From Roseateles depolymerans (GTDB taxonomy: Bacteria > Pseudomonadota > Gammaproteobacteria > Burkholderiales > Burkholderiaceae_C), in contig QFOD01000011.1 of the NCBI GenBank assembly GCA_003241055.1, forward strand, positions 75,771 through 139,770: 64,000 nt of DNA, written 5' to 3'. The notes under the pieces were generated by a model that worked only from the letters and a program-made list of their open reading frames with translations, ran no database searches and was not told the origin of the DNA. This document shows, piece after piece, positions 30,374 to 46,622 of this stretch (positions are counted from its first letter, which is position 1; each line of letters begins with the position of its first letter). A program made the position numbers and the translations under genes.

Positions 30374-30802
30374 ATGACGGACAGCGCGAAGACAAGACCG
30401 GTTTACCGCAATATCCACATCACTGAGATCGTGTCCTACCGCCTCCCGCCCGCAGGCATCGTGTCCATCCTGCATCGCGTGAGCGCCATGCTGATGTTCG
30501 TGCTGCTGCCCTTCGTGGTCTGGATGCTGGACAACAGTCTCAGCTCGGAAATCACCTTCGACTCGTTCACGAACGTGTTCGTCGCCGGCGCCGCCGGACT
30601 GCCCGGTGGTTTCATCAAGCTGGTGGCGCTGGCCCTGATCTGGGGCTACCTGCATCACTTCATCGCCGGCGTGCGCCACCTGTGGATGGACGCCACGCAC
30701 AGCGTCAGCAAGGCCCAGGGCCATAGCTCGGCGGTGTTGACCCTGGTGCTGAGCATCGCGCTGACGCTGCTGCTGGGCGCGAAGCTGTTCGGTTTGTACT
30801 GA
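30374..30802 (+). CDS. sdhC: Succinate dehydrogenase cytochrome b556 subunit
   Basis: SILHRVS, HHFIAGVRHLWMD. Confidence 0.95.
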   Translation: MTDSAKTRPVYRNIHITEIVSYRLPPAGIVSILHRVSAMLMFVLLPFVVWMLDNSLSSEITFDSFTNVFVAGAAGLPGGFIKLVALALIWGYLHHFIAGVRHLWMDATHSVSKAQGHSSAVLTLVLSIALTLLLGAKLFGLY

Positions 30803-30814
30803 GGACCCCAAGCA

Positions 30815-31174
30815 ATGACTACTTATGGTTCCAAGCGCGTCGTCGTCGGCGCGCATTACGGCCTGCGCGACTGGCTGGCGCAACGCGTCACCGCCGTGCT
30901 GATGGCCCTGTTCACGGTCGTCCTGCTGGTGCAGGTGCTGATGCCGGGTACGCTCGGTTACGACCGCTGGGCGGCGATCTTCTCTCAGCAGTGGATGAAG
31001 CTGCTGACCTTCGTGACCATCCTGGCCTTGGCCTACCACGCCTGGGTGGGCGTGCGTGACATCTGGATGGACTACGTGAAGCCCGTGGGTGTTCGCCTTG
31101 CTCTGCAGGTGCTGACTATCGTTTGGCTGTTGGGTTGCGCCGGCTGGGCAATCCAGGTTCTGTGGAGACTGTGA
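30815..31174 (+). CDS. sdhD: Succinate dehydrogenase membrane anchor
   Basis: GLRDWLAQRVTA, HAWVGVRDIWMDYVK. Confidence 0.95.
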   Translation: MTTYGSKRVVVGAHYGLRDWLAQRVTAVLMALFTVVLLVQVLMPGTLGYDRWAAIFSQQWMKLLTFVTILALAYHAWVGVRDIWMDYVKPVGVRLALQVLTIVWLLGCAGWAIQVLWRL

Positions 31175-32973
31175 TGGCGGCGCTTGCGACGCGTAAGTTT
31201 GATGTGGTGATCGTCGGGGCCGGTGGCTCCGGCATGCGGGCTTCCCTGCAACTGGCCCGCGCGGGCCTGAACGTGGCGGTGCTGTCCAAGGTCTTCCCGA
31301 CCCGTTCGCATACCGTGGCGGCGCAGGGCGGCATCGGGGCCTCGCTGGGCAACATGTCCGAGGACAACTGGCACTTCCACTTCTACGACACCGTGAAGGG
31401 GTCGGACTGGCTGGGTGACCAGGATGCCATCGAGTTCATGTGCCGCGAGGCGCCCAAGGTCGTGTACGAGCTCGAGCACTTCGGCATGCCCTTCGACCGC
31501 AATGCCGACGGCACCATCTACCAGCGCCCCTTCGGCGGCCACACGGCCAACTACGGCGAGAAGCCGGTGCAGCGCGCCTGCGCCGCGGCTGACCGTACCG
31601 GCCACGCGCTGCTGCACACGCTGTATCAGCAGAACGTGAAGGCCCGCACCAACTTCTTCGTCGAGTGGATGGCGCTGGACCTAATCCGCGACGCCGAAGG
31701 CGACGTGGTGGGCGTGACCGCGCTGGAAATGGAAACCGGCGAGATCCACATCCTGCAGGCCAAGACGGTGCTGCTCGCGACCGGCGGCGCCGGTCGCATC
31801 TTTGCAGCCTCCACCAACGCCTTCATCAACACCGGCGACGGTCTGGGCATGGCGGCGCGCGCCGGCATCCCGCTGCAGGACATGGAGTTCTGGCAGTTCC
31901 ACCCGACCGGCGTGGCCGGCGCGGGCGTGCTGCTGACCGAGGGCTGCCGCGGCGAGGGCGCCATCCTGCGCAACGTCAACGGCGAGCGCTTCATGGAGCG
32001 CTACGCGCCCACGCTGAAGGATCTGGCGCCGCGTGACTTCGTGTCCCGCTGCATGGACCAGGAGATCAAGGAAGGTCGCGGCTGCGGTCCCAACAAGGAC
32101 TACGTCGTGCTGGACATGACCCACCTGGGCGCCGACACCATCGGCAAGCGCCTGCCTTCGGTGCTGGAGATTGGCCACAACTTCGCCAACGTCGACATCA
32201 CCAAGGAACCGATTCCCGTGGTGCCGACCATCCACTACCAGATGGGTGGTATCCCCACCAACATCCACGGCCAGGTCGCCGTGCCCAAGGGTGACAACGA
32301 CCGCAGCCCCATCCAGGGCCTGTATGCGGTGGGCGAATGCTCCTGCGTGTCGGTGCACGGCGCCAACCGCCTGGGTACCAACTCGCTGCTGGACCTGGTG
32401 GTGTTCGGCCGCGCGGCCGGCAACCACATCGTCGAGTCCCTCACGAAGGCGCCCAAGGAGCACAAGCCCCTGCCCAAGGATGCGGCCGACTTCACGCTGG
32501 CCCGCCTGGCCCGCCTGGACAACAGCACGTCCGGCGAATATGCGCAGGACGTGGCCAACGACCTGCGCGCCGTGATGCAGTCGCATGCCGGCGTGTTCCG
32601 CACCCAGGCCATGATGGACGAGGGTGTGGTCAAGGTGGCCGAGGTCCGCGAGCGCGTCAAGAACATCACGCTCAAGGACAAGTCCAAGGTCTTCAACACC
32701 GCGCGTGTCGAGGCGCTGGAGGTCGACAACCTGATCGAGGCCGCGCAGGCCACGATGGTGTCGGCGGCCGCCCGCAAGGAATGCCGCGGCGCGCACACGG
32801 TCAACGACTACGAGCGTGGTGCCGACGACGCGGAGTTCCCGCTGGGCCGCAACGACAAGGAGTGGATGAAGCACACGCTGTGGGACAGCGCGACCAACAG
32901 CCTCTCCTACAAGCCGGTGAACCTCAAGCCGCTCACCGTCGACAGCGTCCCGCCCAAGGTCCGGACCTTCTGA
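31174..32973 (+). CDS. sdhA: Succinate dehydrogenase flavoprotein
   Basis: VGAGGSG, RSHTVAAQGG, QFHPTG, SVHGANRLGTNSLLD. Confidence 0.97.
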   Translation: MAALATRKFDVVIVGAGGSGMRASLQLARAGLNVAVLSKVFPTRSHTVAAQGGIGASLGNMSEDNWHFHFYDTVKGSDWLGDQDAIEFMCREAPKVVYELEHFGMPFDRNADGTIYQRPFGGHTANYGEKPVQRACAAADRTGHALLHTLYQQNVKARTNFFVEWMALDLIRDAEGDVVGVTALEMETGEIHILQAKTVLLATGGAGRIFAASTNAFINTGDGLGMAARAGIPLQDMEFWQFHPTGVAGAGVLLTEGCRGEGAILRNVNGERFMERYAPTLKDLAPRDFVSRCMDQEIKEGRGCGPNKDYVVLDMTHLGADTIGKRLPSVLEIGHNFANVDITKEPIPVVPTIHYQMGGIPTNIHGQVAVPKGDNDRSPIQGLYAVGECSCVSVHGANRLGTNSLLDLVVFGRAAGNHIVESLTKAPKEHKPLPKDAADFTLARLARLDNSTSGEYAQDVANDLRAVMQSHAGVFRTQAMMDEGVVKVAEVRERVKNITLKDKSKVFNTARVEALEVDNLIEAAQATMVSAAARKECRGAHTVNDYERGADDAEFPLGRNDKEWMKHTLWDSATNSLSYKPVNLKPLTVDSVPPKVRTF

Positions 32974-32995
32974 TCGGGGCCAGGAGTATCACGAC

Positions 32996-33700
32996 ATGAC
33001 CAAGCGCACCTTCAAGATCTACCGCTACGACCCGGACAAGGACGCCAAGCCCTACATGCAGACCATCGAGCTCGAGCTCGACGGTCACGAGCGCATGCTG
33101 CTGGACGCCCTGCTGAAGCTCAAGGCGGTCGATCCCTCCATCGCGTTCCGCCGTTCCTGCCGCGAAGGCGTGTGCGGCTCGGACGCGATGAACATCAACG
33201 GCAAGAACGGTCTGGCCTGCCTGACCAACCTGCGCACGCTGCCGGACGTCATTGTGCTGAAGCCGCTGCCGGGCCTGCCGGTGATCCGCGACCTGATCGT
33301 GGACATGACGCAGTTCTTCAAGCAGTACAACTCGATCAAGCCCTACCTGATCAACGACACGCTGCCGCCCGAGAAGGAGCGCCTGCAGTCGCCGGAGGAG
33401 CGCGAGGAGCTGAACGGCCTGTACGAGTGCATCCTGTGCGCGAGTTGCTCCACGAGCTGCCCGAGCTTCTGGTGGAACCCCGACAAGTTCGTCGGCCCGG
33501 CCGGTCTGCTGCAGGCCTACCGGTTCATCGCCGACAGCCGCGACGAAGGCACGGCCGAGCGCCTGGACAACCTCGAGGATCCGTACCGCCTGTTCCGCTG
33601 CCACACGATCATGAACTGCGTGGATGTCTGCCCCAAGGGGCTGAACCCCACGAAGGCGATCGGCAAGATCAAGGAACTGATGGTTCGCCGGGCGGTCTGA
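32996..33700 (+). CDS. sdhB: Succinate dehydrogenase iron-sulfur subunit
   Basis: SCREGVCGSD, CILCASCSTSCP, CHTIMNCVDVCP. Confidence 0.97.
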   Translation: MTKRTFKIYRYDPDKDAKPYMQTIELELDGHERMLLDALLKLKAVDPSIAFRRSCREGVCGSDAMNINGKNGLACLTNLRTLPDVIVLKPLPGLPVIRDLIVDMTQFFKQYNSIKPYLINDTLPPEKERLQSPEEREELNGLYECILCASCSTSCPSFWWNPDKFVGPAGLLQAYRFIADSRDEGTAERLDNLEDPYRLFRCHTIMNCVDVCPKGLNPTKAIGKIKELMVRRAV

Positions 33701-33978
33701 TGACGGGATCTGCCTCTTCCGACCTGATCGACGAGCGGGCGCTGTCCAAGCTGCGCTGGCGCTGCCGTCGGGGGTTGCTGGAGAACGACCTCTTCATCGA
33801 ACGCTTCTTTACCCGCCACGAGCCGACGGGCATCAGCGTCGTGCAAGCCGAAGGGCTGACGATGCTGATGGACCTGTCCGACAACGACCTTTTGGACCTG
33901 CTGCTGCGCCGCAAGGAGCCCAGTGGTGAAATCGACACCTTCGCGGTGCGCGAGGTCCTGAGCCAGTTGCGTACCTGA
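33700..33978 (+). CDS. sdhE: FAD assembly factor SdhE
   Basis: LRWRCRRGLLENDL (RGxxE motif). Confidence 0.9.
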   Translation: MTGSASSDLIDERALSKLRWRCRRGLLENDLFIERFFTRHEPTGISVVQAEGLTMLMDLSDNDLLDLLLRRKEPSGEIDTFAVREVLSQLRT

Positions 33979-34005
33979 ATCGAATCTCTGTAAAAGGACT
34001 TCACC

Positions 34006-35316
34006 ATGAACCCGTCTGACGTGAAAGCCACCCTGTCGTTCTCGGACGGCAGCCCCTCGATGGACCTGCCCATCTACAAGGGCAGCATCGGCCCGGATGT
34101 CATCGACATCCGCAAGCTGTACGGCCAGACTGGCAAGTTCACCTATGACCCGGGCTTCCTGAGCACGGCGTCCTGCAACTCGACCATCACCTACATCGAT
34201 GGCGACAAGGGCGAGCTGCTGTATCGCGGCTACCCGATCGAGCAGCTGGCGGTGAACTGCGACTACCTCGAGACCTGCTACCTGCTGCTGTACGGAGAGC
34301 TGCCGAACGAGACGCAGAAGGCTGATTTCGAATACAAGGTCATGCACCACACGATGGTGAATGACCAGATGCAGTTCTTCCTGCGTGGTTTCCGCCGTGA
34401 TGCCCACCCGATGGCCGTGATGACGGGTCTCGTCGGCGCGCTGTCGGCCTTCTATCACGACAGCACGGACATCAATAACCCCGAGCACCGCGAGATCGCG
34501 GCGATCCGCCTGATCGCCAAGATGCCCACGCTGGTGTCGATGGCCTACAAGTACACGATCGGCCAGCCCTACATCTACCCGAAGAACGATCTCTCGTACG
34601 CCGGCAACTTCATGCGCATGATGTTTGCCACGCCCTGCGAGGAGTACAAGCCCAACGACGTGCTGGTGCGCGCGATGGACCGCATTTTCACGCTGCACGC
34701 CGACCACGAGCAGAACGCGTCCACGTCCACCGTGCGTCTGTGCGGCTCGTCGGGCACCAACCCGTTCGCGGCCATTGCCGCTGGCGTGGCCTGCCTGTGG
34801 GGCCCGGCGCACGGTGGCGCCAACGAGGCCTGCCTGAACATGCTGGGCGATATCCAGAAGCAGGGCGGCGTGGCCCGCATCGGCGACTTCATCAGCAAGG
34901 TCAAGGACAAGAACTCCGGCGTCAAGCTGATGGGCTTCGGTCACCGGGTCTACAAGAACTACGACCCGCGTGCCAAGCTGATGCGCGAGACCTGCCACGA
35001 GGTGCTGAACGAGCTGGGCCTGCAGAACGACCCGCTGTTCGAGCTGGCGATGAAGCTGGAGCAGATCGCGCTGGAAGACGAGTATTTCGTCGCCCGCAAG
35101 CTCTACCCGAACGTCGACTTCTACTCGGGCATCGTGCAGCGCGCCATCGGCATCCCGGTGCCGCTGTTCACCGCCATCTTCGCGCTGGCCCGCACGGTCG
35201 GCTGGATCGCCCAGCTCAACGAGATGATCGGCGACCCCGAGTACAAGATCGGCCGTCCGCGTCAGCTGTTCGTGGGTGCCACGCAGCGCGACGTGAAGCC
35301 CATCGGCCAACGCTGA
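34006..35316 (+). CDS. gltA: Citrate synthase (type II)
   Basis: [36 protein letters not shown]. Confidence 0.97.
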   Translation: MNPSDVKATLSFSDGSPSMDLPIYKGSIGPDVIDIRKLYGQTGKFTYDPGFLSTASCNSTITYIDGDKGELLYRGYPIEQLAVNCDYLETCYLLLYGELPNETQKADFEYKVMHHTMVNDQMQFFLRGFRRDAHPMAVMTGLVGALSAFYHDSTDINNPEHREIAAIRLIAKMPTLVSMAYKYTIGQPYIYPKNDLSYAGNFMRMMFATPCEEYKPNDVLVRAMDRIFTLHADHEQNASTSTVRLCGSSGTNPFAAIAAGVACLWGPAHGGANEACLNMLGDIQKQGGVARIGDFISKVKDKNSGVKLMGFGHRVYKNYDPRAKLMRETCHEVLNELGLQNDPLFELAMKLEQIALEDEYFVARKLYPNVDFYSGIVQRAIGIPVPLFTAIFALARTVGWIAQLNEMIGDPEYKIGRPRQLFVGATQRDVKPIGQR

Positions 35317-35412
35317 TCGTCGGCCCTGACCGGTGCGGGTGGCGCAAGCCCTGGCACCGGTCGCACACTGAGGCCCTCGGCATGTCCGGGGGCTTGTCTT
35401 TTGGGGGTCCGC

Positions 35413-36345
35413 ATGGAATCCGGTCCTGAGATCCTGGTGCTCGGCAGCGTCAACCGCGACCTGATCGTGCACGCGCCGCGGCTGCCGCTGCCGGGTGAGA
35501 CGCTGCGTGGACAGCGCTTCGGCTCCTGCCTGGGCGGCAAGGGCGCCAACCAGGCTGTGGCGGCGGCGCGGCTGGGCGCGCGCGTGGCGCTCGCCGCCCG
35601 CGTGGGGCAGCGTGAAGAGGGCGCCGCGCTGGTGGCCCAATTGCAGCGCGAAGGCGTGGATGTGTCGGCGATTGCGCACCCTGAGGACGAGACGCCCGGT
35701 GTGGCCCTGATCGTCGTCGGCGCCGCCGATGCGGAGAATCAGATCGTCACCGTGGCCGGCTCCAACGGCGTGCTGCCGCTGCAGCAGGTCGATGCGCTGA
35801 GGCTGGACGGCCTGCGCTGGCTGGTGGCGCAGCAGGAACTGCCGCTGGCCAGCGTGGCGAGGGCCTTCGAGCGCGCGCGCGCGGCCGGCGTGAGGACGCT
35901 GCTCAATGCGGCCCCGTTCCGTGCCGGCAGCGAGGCCCTGCTGCCGCTGTGTGACCTGCTGGTGGTCAACGCCCTGGAGGCGCAGGCCCTGGTGCTGGAG
36001 ACGTCTGCACGGACACGCGGTGAAGCCTCGCCGGAAGAGCTGGCCCAGGCGCTGCGCGCGCAGGGCCCGCAGGCCGTGCTGGTGTCGCTGGGCGCCGAGG
36101 GCCTGTGCTGGGTGGATGCCGATGGCGCGCGCCGCCAGCCCTGCCGCAAGGTGCAGGCGGTGGACACGGTGGGCGCCGGCGATACGCTCGTGGGCGCGCT
36201 GGTGACGGCGCTGTCCGAGGGTCAGCCAGTGGACGCCGCGCTGGCCTTTGCCCAGGCGGCGGCCGCGCTGGCCGTGTCGCGCGCCGGCGTGCAGGATGCA
36301 ATGCCGCGCCGTGAAGAAGTCGATCAATTGCTGTCGCAAGACTGA
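35413..36345 (+). CDS. rbsK: Ribokinase / PfkB family kinase
   Basis: GSVNRD, GGKGANQAVAAARLG, VDTVGAGD. Confidence 0.85.
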   Translation: MESGPEILVLGSVNRDLIVHAPRLPLPGETLRGQRFGSCLGGKGANQAVAAARLGARVALAARVGQREEGAALVAQLQREGVDVSAIAHPEDETPGVALIVVGAADAENQIVTVAGSNGVLPLQQVDALRLDGLRWLVAQQELPLASVARAFERARAAGVRTLLNAAPFRAGSEALLPLCDLLVVNALEAQALVLETSARTRGEASPEELAQALRAQGPQAVLVSLGAEGLCWVDADGARRQPCRKVQAVDTVGAGDTLVGALVTALSEGQPVDAALAFAQAAAALAVSRAGVQDAMPRREEVDQLLSQD

Positions 36346-36361
36346 ACCCTAGGAGAACGAG

Positions 36362-37672
36362 ATGTCCCAGACCCTGCTGCTGCCGCGCTGGCTGCTGACC
36401 ATGAAGCCCGGCGAGCCGGTGCTGGATCGCCACGCGCTGCTGATCGACGGCGAGCGGATTGCGGCCGTCGGCCCGCGCGAGGCGCTGATCGCCCAGTATC
36501 CGCAGGCGGCTCGCGTGGAACTGCCCGAGCAGATCCTGATTCCCGGCCTGATCAATGCCCACGCCCACTCGGCGATGACGCTGCTGCGTGGCGTGGCCGA
36601 CGACGTGCCGCTGATGGACTGGCTGCAGAACCACATCTGGCCGCTGGAGAAGAAGTGGGTCAGCGAGGAGTGGGTGTATCTCGGCTCCAAACTGGCGGCT
36701 GCCGAAGGCCTGCGCAGCGGCACCACCTACATCAACGACATGTACTTCTTCCCGACCGCCATGGCGCGCGCCGCCATCGACTCGGGCGTGCGTGCCGCCG
36801 TGTCGATGAACGTCATCGACTTCCCCACCGGCTACGCCTCGGGCCCGGACGACTACATCGCCAAGGGCGTGGCCGCCTACGAGCAGTTCAAGGGCGAGAA
36901 GCTGCTGGACTGGACCAGCGCGCCGCACGCGCCCTACACGGTGTCGGACGAGACCTTCATCAAGCTGCGCGACCTGGCCGAGAAGCTGGACATCCAGATG
37001 CACTGCCACATCCACGAGACGGCGGGCGAGGTGGCCGACGGCGTCAAGCAGTACGGCGTGCGCCCGATCGAGCGGCTGGACAAGCTGGGCCTGTTCAGCG
37101 AGCGCATGATCGCCGTGCACATGGTGCATCTGAACGAGGAAGAGATCGCGCTGATGGCGAAGAAGGGCGTGCACCTGGTGCACAACCCCAACTCCAACCT
37201 CAAGCTGGCCTCGGGCGTGATGCCCTTGAAGGCGCTGGAAGCGGCAGGCGTCAACACCATCCTCGGCACCGACGGTGCGGCGTCCAACAACCGCCTCGAC
37301 ATGTTCGGCGAGATCCGTTCGGCCGCGCTGCTGGCCAAGGGCATCACCGGTGACCCGACCGTGGCTTCGGCCCGCACGGCGCTGGAGATGGCCACCATCC
37401 GCGCGGCCAAGGCCATGGGCCGGGGTGATGACCTGGGCTCGCTGGAGGTGGGCAAGCTGGCCGACTGTGTGGCCGTGTCGCTGGACAGCATCGAATGCCA
37501 GCCGGTCTACAACGCGGCGGCTCAGCTGGTCTACGTGGCCGGCCGCGAGCAGGTCAGCAATGTGTGGATCGGTGGACGCCAGGTGCTGCGCGAGCGTCAG
37601 CCCGTGGCCATCGACGTGCCGGCCCTGATGGCCGAGGTGCGCGACGTCGTGGGGCGCATGCAGGCGTCCTGA
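36362..37672 (+). CDS. 5'-methylthioadenosine/S-adenosylhomocysteine deaminase-like amidohydrolase (TRZ/ATZ family)
   Basis: PGLINAHAH, APHAPYT, HIHET, SNLKLASG, GTDGAASNN. Confidence 0.88.
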   Translation: MSQTLLLPRWLLTMKPGEPVLDRHALLIDGERIAAVGPREALIAQYPQAARVELPEQILIPGLINAHAHSAMTLLRGVADDVPLMDWLQNHIWPLEKKWVSEEWVYLGSKLAAAEGLRSGTTYINDMYFFPTAMARAAIDSGVRAAVSMNVIDFPTGYASGPDDYIAKGVAAYEQFKGEKLLDWTSAPHAPYTVSDETFIKLRDLAEKLDIQMHCHIHETAGEVADGVKQYGVRPIERLDKLGLFSERMIAVHMVHLNEEEIALMAKKGVHLVHNPNSNLKLASGVMPLKALEAAGVNTILGTDGAASNNRLDMFGEIRSAALLAKGITGDPTVASARTALEMATIRAAKAMGRGDDLGSLEVGKLADCVAVSLDSIECQPVYNAAAQLVYVAGREQVSNVWIGGRQVLRERQPVAIDVPALMAEVRDVVGRMQAS

Positions 37673-37799
37673 GTGGGTGCGCAGGGGCCGCGATGGGCGG
37701 TCCGTGCATGGGTGCATGGGGCCGGGGAGGGCGTTGCCCTCCTAGAATGCTGGTTTTCCCCTGGCAGCTGATGCGAGCGGCGTGAGCCGCCCGAACCCC

Positions 37800-40700
37800 A
37801 TGACCCGCACCCTGCACCTGCAATGTTTCGAGGGCGGCAATGCCCTGTCCGCCTTCCGCGCCCAGGCCCTGCTGGGCCGCCTGCAACAGGTCAATGACCG
37901 CATCCAGGCCGTCAGCGCCCGCGCCGTGCATTGGGTCTGGACGGACGAGGCCATGGCCGAGGCCGACAAGCCGCGCTTTGCCGCGCTGCTGAACTACGGT
38001 GAGCCGGCCCCGCAGGACGTCGGTGGCGATCTGGTCGTGGTGACGCCGCGCTTCGGCACCGTCAGCCCCTGGGCCTCCAAGGCCACCGACATTGCGCGCA
38101 ACTGCGGCCTGCAGCTGCGCCGTGTGGAGCGCGTGGTGGAGTACCGCATCGCGCTCAAGCCCGGCCTGCTGGGCGGGGCCAAGCATCTGAGCGAGGCCGA
38201 GCTGCAGGCCTGCGCGGCCGAGCTGCACGACCGCATGACCGAGTCCGCCTGCTTCTCGCGCGAGGCCACGGCCCATCTGTTCGACGAACGCACCGCCGAG
38301 CCGCTGGCCCATGTGGACGTGCTGGGCCAGGGCCGCGCGGCGCTGGAGAAGGCCAACGTCGAGTTCGGCCTGGCACTGTCGGGCGACGAGATCGACTACC
38401 TGGAAACCAACTTCAAGAAGCTGGGTCGCAACCCCAGCGACGTGGAGCTGATGATGTTCGCGCAGGCCAACAGCGAGCACTGCCGGCACAAGATCTTCAA
38501 CGCCAACTTCACGGTGGATGGCCAGGCCCAGCCGCTGAGCCTGTTCGGCATGATCCGCAACACCGAGAAGCTGAACCCTCAACACACGGTGATCGCCTAC
38601 TCGGACAACGCCGCCGTGATGGAGGGCCACCTGATCGAGCGCTGGCAGCCCGCGCCCCAGGCCGGCGCGGCCTATGCGGCCCGCGCCGAGCAGGCCCAGG
38701 TGTTGATGAAGGTGGAAACGCACAACCACCCCACGGCCATTTCCCCGCACCCGGGCGCATCCACCGGCGCCGGCGGCGAGATCCGTGACGAGGGCGCGAC
38801 CGGCCGCGGCTCCAAGCCCAAGGCCGGCCTGACCGGCTTCTCGGTGTCCAACCTGCACCTGCCGGGCCTGGCCGAGCCCTGGGAGCGTGACCCGGTGGGC
38901 AAGCCGGCCCATATCGCCAGCGCGCTGCAGATCATGATCGACGGCCCGCTGGGCGGCGCCGCGTTCAACAACGAGTTTGGCCGGCCCAACCTGGCGGGCT
39001 ACTTCCGCGTCTACGAGCAGACCGTGGACGGCGTGCGCCGCGGCTATCACAAGCCCATCATGATCGCGGGCGGCCTGGGGCAGATTCGCGCCGACCTGAC
39101 CCGGAAGATCGAATTCCCCGCCGGCACGCTGCTGGTGCAGCTGGGCGGCCCGGGCATGCGCATCGGCATGGGCGGCGGTGCGGCCTCGTCGATGGCGGCG
39201 GGCACCAACACGGCCGACCTGGACTTCGACTCCGTGCAGCGCGGCAACCCCGAGATCGAGCGCCGCGTGCAGGAGGTCATCAATCACTGCTGGGGCCTGG
39301 CCGAGGCCAATCCCATCCTGGCCATTCACGACGTGGGCGCGGGCGGCATCTCCAATGCCTTCCCCGAGCTGGTGAACGACGCCGGCCGTGGCGCGCGCTT
39401 CGACCTGCGCAAGGTGCCGCTGGAGGAGTCAGGTCTTGCGCCCAAGGAGATCTGGTGCAACGAGAGCCAGGAGCGCTATGTGCTGGCCATCGCGCCCGAG
39501 AGCCTGGCGCAGTTCCAGGCGCTGTGCGAGCGCGAGCGCTGCCCGTTTGCGGTGGTGGGCGTCACCACGGCCGAGCGCGAGCTGGTGCTGGAGGACGGCG
39601 AGGGCGGCGAGCGCCCCATCGACATGCCCATGGACGTGCTGCTGGGCAAGCCGCCCAAGATGCATCGCGACGTGGCGCGCGTGGCCCGCAGCGGCGGCAC
39701 GCTGGACCTGAGCAGCGTGACGCTGGAGCAGGCCGCGCTGGACGTGCTGCGCCACCCGACCGTGGCCAGCAAGCGCTTCCTGATCACCATCGGCGACCGC
39801 ACCGTGGGCGGCCTGAACCATCGCGACCAGATGATTGGCCCCTGGCAGGTGCCGGTGGCGGACTGCGCCGTCACGCTGGCCGACTTCAAGGGCTTTGCCG
39901 GCGAGGCAATGAGCATGGGCGAGCGCACGCCGCTGGCGGCCGTGAACGCGCCGGCCTCGGGCCGCATGGCGGTGGCCGAGGCCATCACCAACCTGCTGGC
40001 CGCACCCATCGAGCTCGCCCGCGTGAAGCTCAGCGCCAACTGGATGGCCGCCTGCGGTGAGGCGGGCGAAGACGCGGCGCTGTTCGATACGGTCAAGGCC
40101 GTGGGCATGGAGCTGTGCCCGGCGCTGGGCGTCTCCATCCCGGTGGGCAAGGATTCGCTGTCCATGCGCACCAAGTGGGAGCAGGACGGCGAAGCTCGGC
40201 AGGTTACCGCGCCGGTGTCGCTGATCGTCAGCGCCTTTGCCAGCATTGCCGATGTGCGCGGCACGCTGACGCCGCAATTGCAGCGCGAAGACTCGGCCCT
40301 GATCCTCGTGGACCTGGGCCAGGGCCGCCACCGCATGGGCGGCTCCATCCTGGCGCAGACGCTGGACCAGTTCGGCGCCGAGGTGCCCGATCTGGACGAC
40401 CCGCAGCTGCTGGTGTCGCTGGTCAATGCCATCAACGAGCTGCGCGGCCAGGGCCGCCTGCTGGCCTATCACGACCGCTCCGATGGCGGCCTGTGGGCGG
40501 CGGCCTGCGAGATGGCCTTTGCCGGCCAGCAGGGCCTCAGCCTGAACGTGGACATGCTGATCACCGAGGGTGACGGCATCAGCGACAGCCGTGCCGACCA
40601 CGGCGACTCCAAGAACTGGGCTGCCCAGGTGGGCGCACGCCGCGAGGAGCTGACGCTCAAGGCACTGTTCGCCGAGGAGCTGGGCGCGCTGATCCAGGTG

Positions 40701-41774
40701 CGCGCGGCCGATCGCGACGCCGTCATGCAGGTGCTGCGCAGCCACGGCCTGTCCCGCCACAGCCATGTGGTGGGCAAGCCCAACGCGACCCGGCAGATGG
40801 AGGTCTGGCGCGATGCGAAGAAGGCCTTCGGTGCGGATCTGGGCGCGCTGCAGCAGGTGTGGGATGAGGTCAGCTGGCGCATTGCGCGGCTGCGCGACAA
40901 CCCCGCCTGCGCCGACGCCGAACATGCGGCCGTGGGCCAGGCCGACGACCCGGGCCTGCAGGTGCATCTGAGCTTTGATCCGGCCCAGCCTCCGATGATC
41001 GCCACCGGCGCCAAGCCGCGCATGGCCATCCTGCGCGAGCAGGGCGTGAACTCCCATGTCGAGATGGCCTATGCGATGGCCCTGGGCGGCTTCGAGAGCC
41101 TGGACGTGCACATGAGCGACCTGCAGTCCGGTGCGGTCAAGCTGGACGGCGTGGCCGGCTTCGTGGCCTGCGGCGGCTTCAGCTATGGCGACACGCTGGG
41201 CGCCGGCGAGGGCTGGGCGCGCTCCATCATGTTCAACCCGGTGCTGGCCGAGCAGTTCCGCGCCTTCTTCGCGCGGCCCGACACGCTGGCCCTGGGCGTG
41301 TGCAACGGCTGCCAGATGCTGGCCGCGCTGGCGCCCATCATCCCAGGCGCCGATGCCTGGCCGCGCTTCACCCGCAACCAGAGCGAGCAATTCGAGGCAC
41401 GGCTGTCGCTGGTCGAGGTGCTGGACTCGCCCAGCCTGTTCTTCAAGGACATGGCCGGCAGCCGCCTGCCGATCGCGGTGGCGCACGGCGAGGGCTTTGC
41501 GAACTTCGCTCGCCAGGGCGATGCGAGCCGCGTGATCCCGGCGATGCGCTTTGTCGACCACCACGGCCAGCCCACCGAGGCCTACCCGTTCAACCCGAAC
41601 GGCAGCCCTGGCGGCCTGACCTCGGTGACCACAGCCGATGGCCGCTTCACCGCGCTGATGCCGCACCCGGAGCGCGTGTTCCGTAACGTGCAGATGAGCT
41701 GGACGCCCGGCGACAAGGGCGCGCACAGCCCCTGGCTGCGCATGTTCCAGAACGCCCGCAAGGCGCTGGGCTGA
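37800..41774 (+). CDS. purL: Phosphoribosylformylglycinamidine synthase (large fused type)
   Basis: [34 protein letters not shown]; alternative GTG start at 37782; TAGAAT at 37743-37748. Confidence 0.97.
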   Translation: MTRTLHLQCFEGGNALSAFRAQALLGRLQQVNDRIQAVSARAVHWVWTDEAMAEADKPRFAALLNYGEPAPQDVGGDLVVVTPRFGTVSPWASKATDIARNCGLQLRRVERVVEYRIALKPGLLGGAKHLSEAELQACAAELHDRMTESACFSREATAHLFDERTAEPLAHVDVLGQGRAALEKANVEFGLALSGDEIDYLETNFKKLGRNPSDVELMMFAQANSEHCRHKIFNANFTVDGQAQPLSLFGMIRNTEKLNPQHTVIAYSDNAAVMEGHLIERWQPAPQAGAAYAARAEQAQVLMKVETHNHPTAISPHPGASTGAGGEIRDEGATGRGSKPKAGLTGFSVSNLHLPGLAEPWERDPVGKPAHIASALQIMIDGPLGGAAFNNEFGRPNLAGYFRVYEQTVDGVRRGYHKPIMIAGGLGQIRADLTRKIEFPAGTLLVQLGGPGMRIGMGGGAASSMAAGTNTADLDFDSVQRGNPEIERRVQEVINHCWGLAEANPILAIHDVGAGGISNAFPELVNDAGRGARFDLRKVPLEESGLAPKEIWCNESQERYVLAIAPESLAQFQALCERERCPFAVVGVTTAERELVLEDGEGGERPIDMPMDVLLGKPPKMHRDVARVARSGGTLDLSSVTLEQAALDVLRHPTVASKRFLITIGDRTVGGLNHRDQMIGPWQVPVADCAVTLADFKGFAGEAMSMGERTPLAAVNAPASGRMAVAEAITNLLAAPIELARVKLSANWMAACGEAGEDAALFDTVKAVGMELCPALGVSIPVGKDSLSMRTKWEQDGEARQVTAPVSLIVSAFASIADVRGTLTPQLQREDSALILVDLGQGRHRMGGSILAQTLDQFGAEVPDLDDPQLLVSLVNAINELRGQGRLLAYHDRSDGGLWAAACEMAFAGQQGLSLNVDMLITEGDGISDSRADHGDSKNWAAQVGARREELTLKALFAEELGALIQVRAADRDAVMQVLRSHGLSRHSHVVGKPNATRQMEVWRDAKKAFGADLGALQQVWDEVSWRIARLRDNPACADAEHAAVGQADDPGLQVHLSFDPAQPPMIATGAKPRMAILREQGVNSHVEMAYAMALGGFESLDVHMSDLQSGAVKLDGVAGFVACGGFSYGDTLGAGEGWARSIMFNPVLAEQFRAFFARPDTLALGVCNGCQMLAALAPIIPGADAWPRFTRNQSEQFEARLSLVEVLDSPSLFFKDMAGSRLPIAVAHGEGFANFARQGDASRVIPAMRFVDHHGQPTEAYPFNPNGSPGGLTSVTTADGRFTALMPHPERVFRNVQMSWTPGDKGAHSPWLRMFQNARKALG

Positions 41775-41807
41775 CGCGGGGCCGCCTTGGGCGGGGCTGG
41801 GGCGGCT

Positions 41808-46613
<4,806 letters not shown>

Positions 46614-46622
46614 CGACTGCTT

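Noticed and set aside
33517..36339. 940-aa minus-strand ORF
   Set aside because: Antisense shadow of sdhB/sdhE/gltA/ribokinase
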